NCBI GenBank assembly: GCA_963704055.1
Contig: CAVPGW010000031.1
Location: 48,298-112,297, forward strand
From: Pirellulaceae bacterium
Lineage (GTDB): Bacteria; Planctomycetota; Planctomycetia; Pirellulales; Pirellulaceae
DNA: 64,000 nucleotides
Direction of reading: 5' to 3'
Numbering within the stretch: the stretch's first letter is position 1; every line of letters begins with the position of its first letter. The notes under the pieces are model-generated. The model saw nothing but the letters and a program-made list of their open reading frames with translations, had not been told where the DNA came from and did not search any database. A program made the position numbers and the translations under genes. Positions 62,421 through 64,000 of the stretch are shown piece by piece.

Positions 62421-64000
62421 TGTCTCTTCATCAGCTCTCTTCGACAACGGCAACCAGGATCGGGCATCTCAATTACGTCACGGAGTTCTTCGGGGGCGAG
62501 CGGCTCGTGCGTTTTCAACTGGCTTTCCAGCACACTTATCCCAGCATCCGACACGTCGGTTCCGCTGGCGACTCGGTCGGCGACCCGCTGCCGAAGCGTC
62601 GCTTCGTCCGCGTTGAAATCGAGAATCGCAAACGAGACTCCGCAGGACTTGGCAAGTTCTCGAAACGATTCTCGGTCGTGTCGCCGCAAAAATGTTGCAT
62701 CCACAATCACGGAGAATCCGGCCTCAAGCATGCAGCAGGCGATACGACGCATGCGACAGTAAGTTGCGTCGTTTCCCGCCACCGAGTAGATCGTGTTGGT
62801 TTCGGCGGCGTTGGGACGATGCCCGATCGGCATTCCGTAGTGCCGTTTGCGTTCGATGTCACTCCTGAGCCGGATCGCCCCGTGACGGGCGACAACGATC
62901 TCGCTGCCGGTCGATTTTCCGCTCCCGCTTAACCCATGCGTGATCCACAATCGGGGCTCGTCGGGATGCGAGAATCGAGACGCGAGGTCCACATGACTGC
63001 GGCAGTCCTCGATCGCATCGTTCCAGTCGTCGCCCGACAATTCAACTTGTTCCGCACGCATGGCCGCCACTTCCGCGCGCACGAGCGCACGGAACACCAG
63101 GTACCAACGTAAGCAGGGCCAAAGAGGCATGGTCGCCCGTGCGTTCCAAGTAGGCACTGGTGAACAGCCAACTCAGATCCCGATGTCCGCGCGCGGCCAA
63201 GTCCATCGCCAGGAAAGCCGCATCGCTGAGGACGTCGATCCAGCGAAAACTCTCGTTGAATTCGATCCCATCGAACGGCATCACGCGACCCTTCCATTGG
63301 AATACATTGGCCAGATGCAAGTCACCATGACACTCCCGTATGAAACCGTTATGGATCCGCTGCTGGAATTGTTGTCGGTGGTCGTCAGAGAATCTTGCGG
63401 ACCAATGCTGCAGGCTCTGCAACTGCTCGGCAAACGCTTCGGCACCATCTGACAATGATCCGGGCCCGCCCATCGGCACCGATCTTAGATAAGTGATGAT
63501 GTCCGACATGTTCTCGAAGACTAGCTCCGGATCACCCCACCTGCGCGTCGTGATCGGTGCGCGTGGCGTCGAGGTGAAATTCCGCAACAAGCGTTGCCAA
63601 TTGGTGCACTTCTTCGGTCGTCAATGTGCCGTGATCAAGGCGGTGACTGAGCAGTGCGTCTTCGGGGAAGCGGTGCATCTTGATCGCGTACTCGATGGGC
63701 ACGCCGCTGCCGTTGATCCGCGGTTGGTCCTCGTCCAGCGTGACCGGAACGACACCGAGATAGAGTCCTTCGGCGTAGCGAGTATCAAGCCGAAGCTCTT
63801 CCTCGCACATTCGCTTTCGCAAAGCTAGCGATCCGTAGTCAAGAAAATCGTTCGTGACAGGCTTTTTGACTTTGTAGGCGTAGTCGCCCGCCAGAAAGAC
63901 CCACGAGATATGCGTTTCATGAACGACGACGGGGCCATCAACGGGATGGTCATAGCATGCTGGCCGACGAAGCCCGTCAATTAGCCGTTGGCTCGTGATC
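62408..64000 (-). CDS. Aminoglycoside-phosphotransferase-like kinase fused to an AAA_33 P-loop domain; begins beyond the right edge; frameshifts near 63545 and 63115
   Basis: ETHISWVFLAGDYAYKVKKPV, ECHGDLHLAN, FDGIEFN, GLSGSGKST, RSDIERK and VDATFL. Confidence 0.88.

Overview
A GC-rich bacterial chromosomal segment, most consistent with a Planctomycete of the Pirellulaceae, judged from a DUF11/OmcB-like protein, a fused ccoNO cluster, a Cys-rich secreted protein and dense palindromic intergenic repeats. Left to right it holds: a DUF11 protein; type III glutamine synthetase plus two CBS proteins; an HxlR-controlled RND pump; dihydropyrimidinase; sialate O-acetylesterase; a glutaredoxin/CcdA-like membrane protein; a stress block (HhH protein, USP, microprotein, ADH); a cbb3 oxidase operon; a signal-peptide P-loop protein; CHAD; a second RND/TolC pump; a phosphate porin with pstSCAB and a second pstS; an RHH gene plus a 44-aa Lys/Gly microprotein; a DAACS-SBP fusion; a plant-type pyrimidine degradation cluster linked to mmsA and divergent prpB/prpC-like genes; a USP; and an APH/AAA kinase. 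About a dozen genes carry isolated 1-bp frameshifts, which look like long-read indel errors rather than pseudogenes. The best leads are: (i) the RHH plus Lys/Gly microprotein locus; (ii) the plant PYD1-like pathway and the prpBC pair with active-site substitutions; (iii) MITEs with terminal inverted repeats (TIRs) and target-site duplications (TSDs) that carry or target REP palindromes; (iv) three sigma-54 promoters, one preceding a 40-aa membrane microprotein absent from the ORF track. No CRISPR array, rRNA, tRNA or transposase was recognised. All family assignments come from motif recognition, not database searches.
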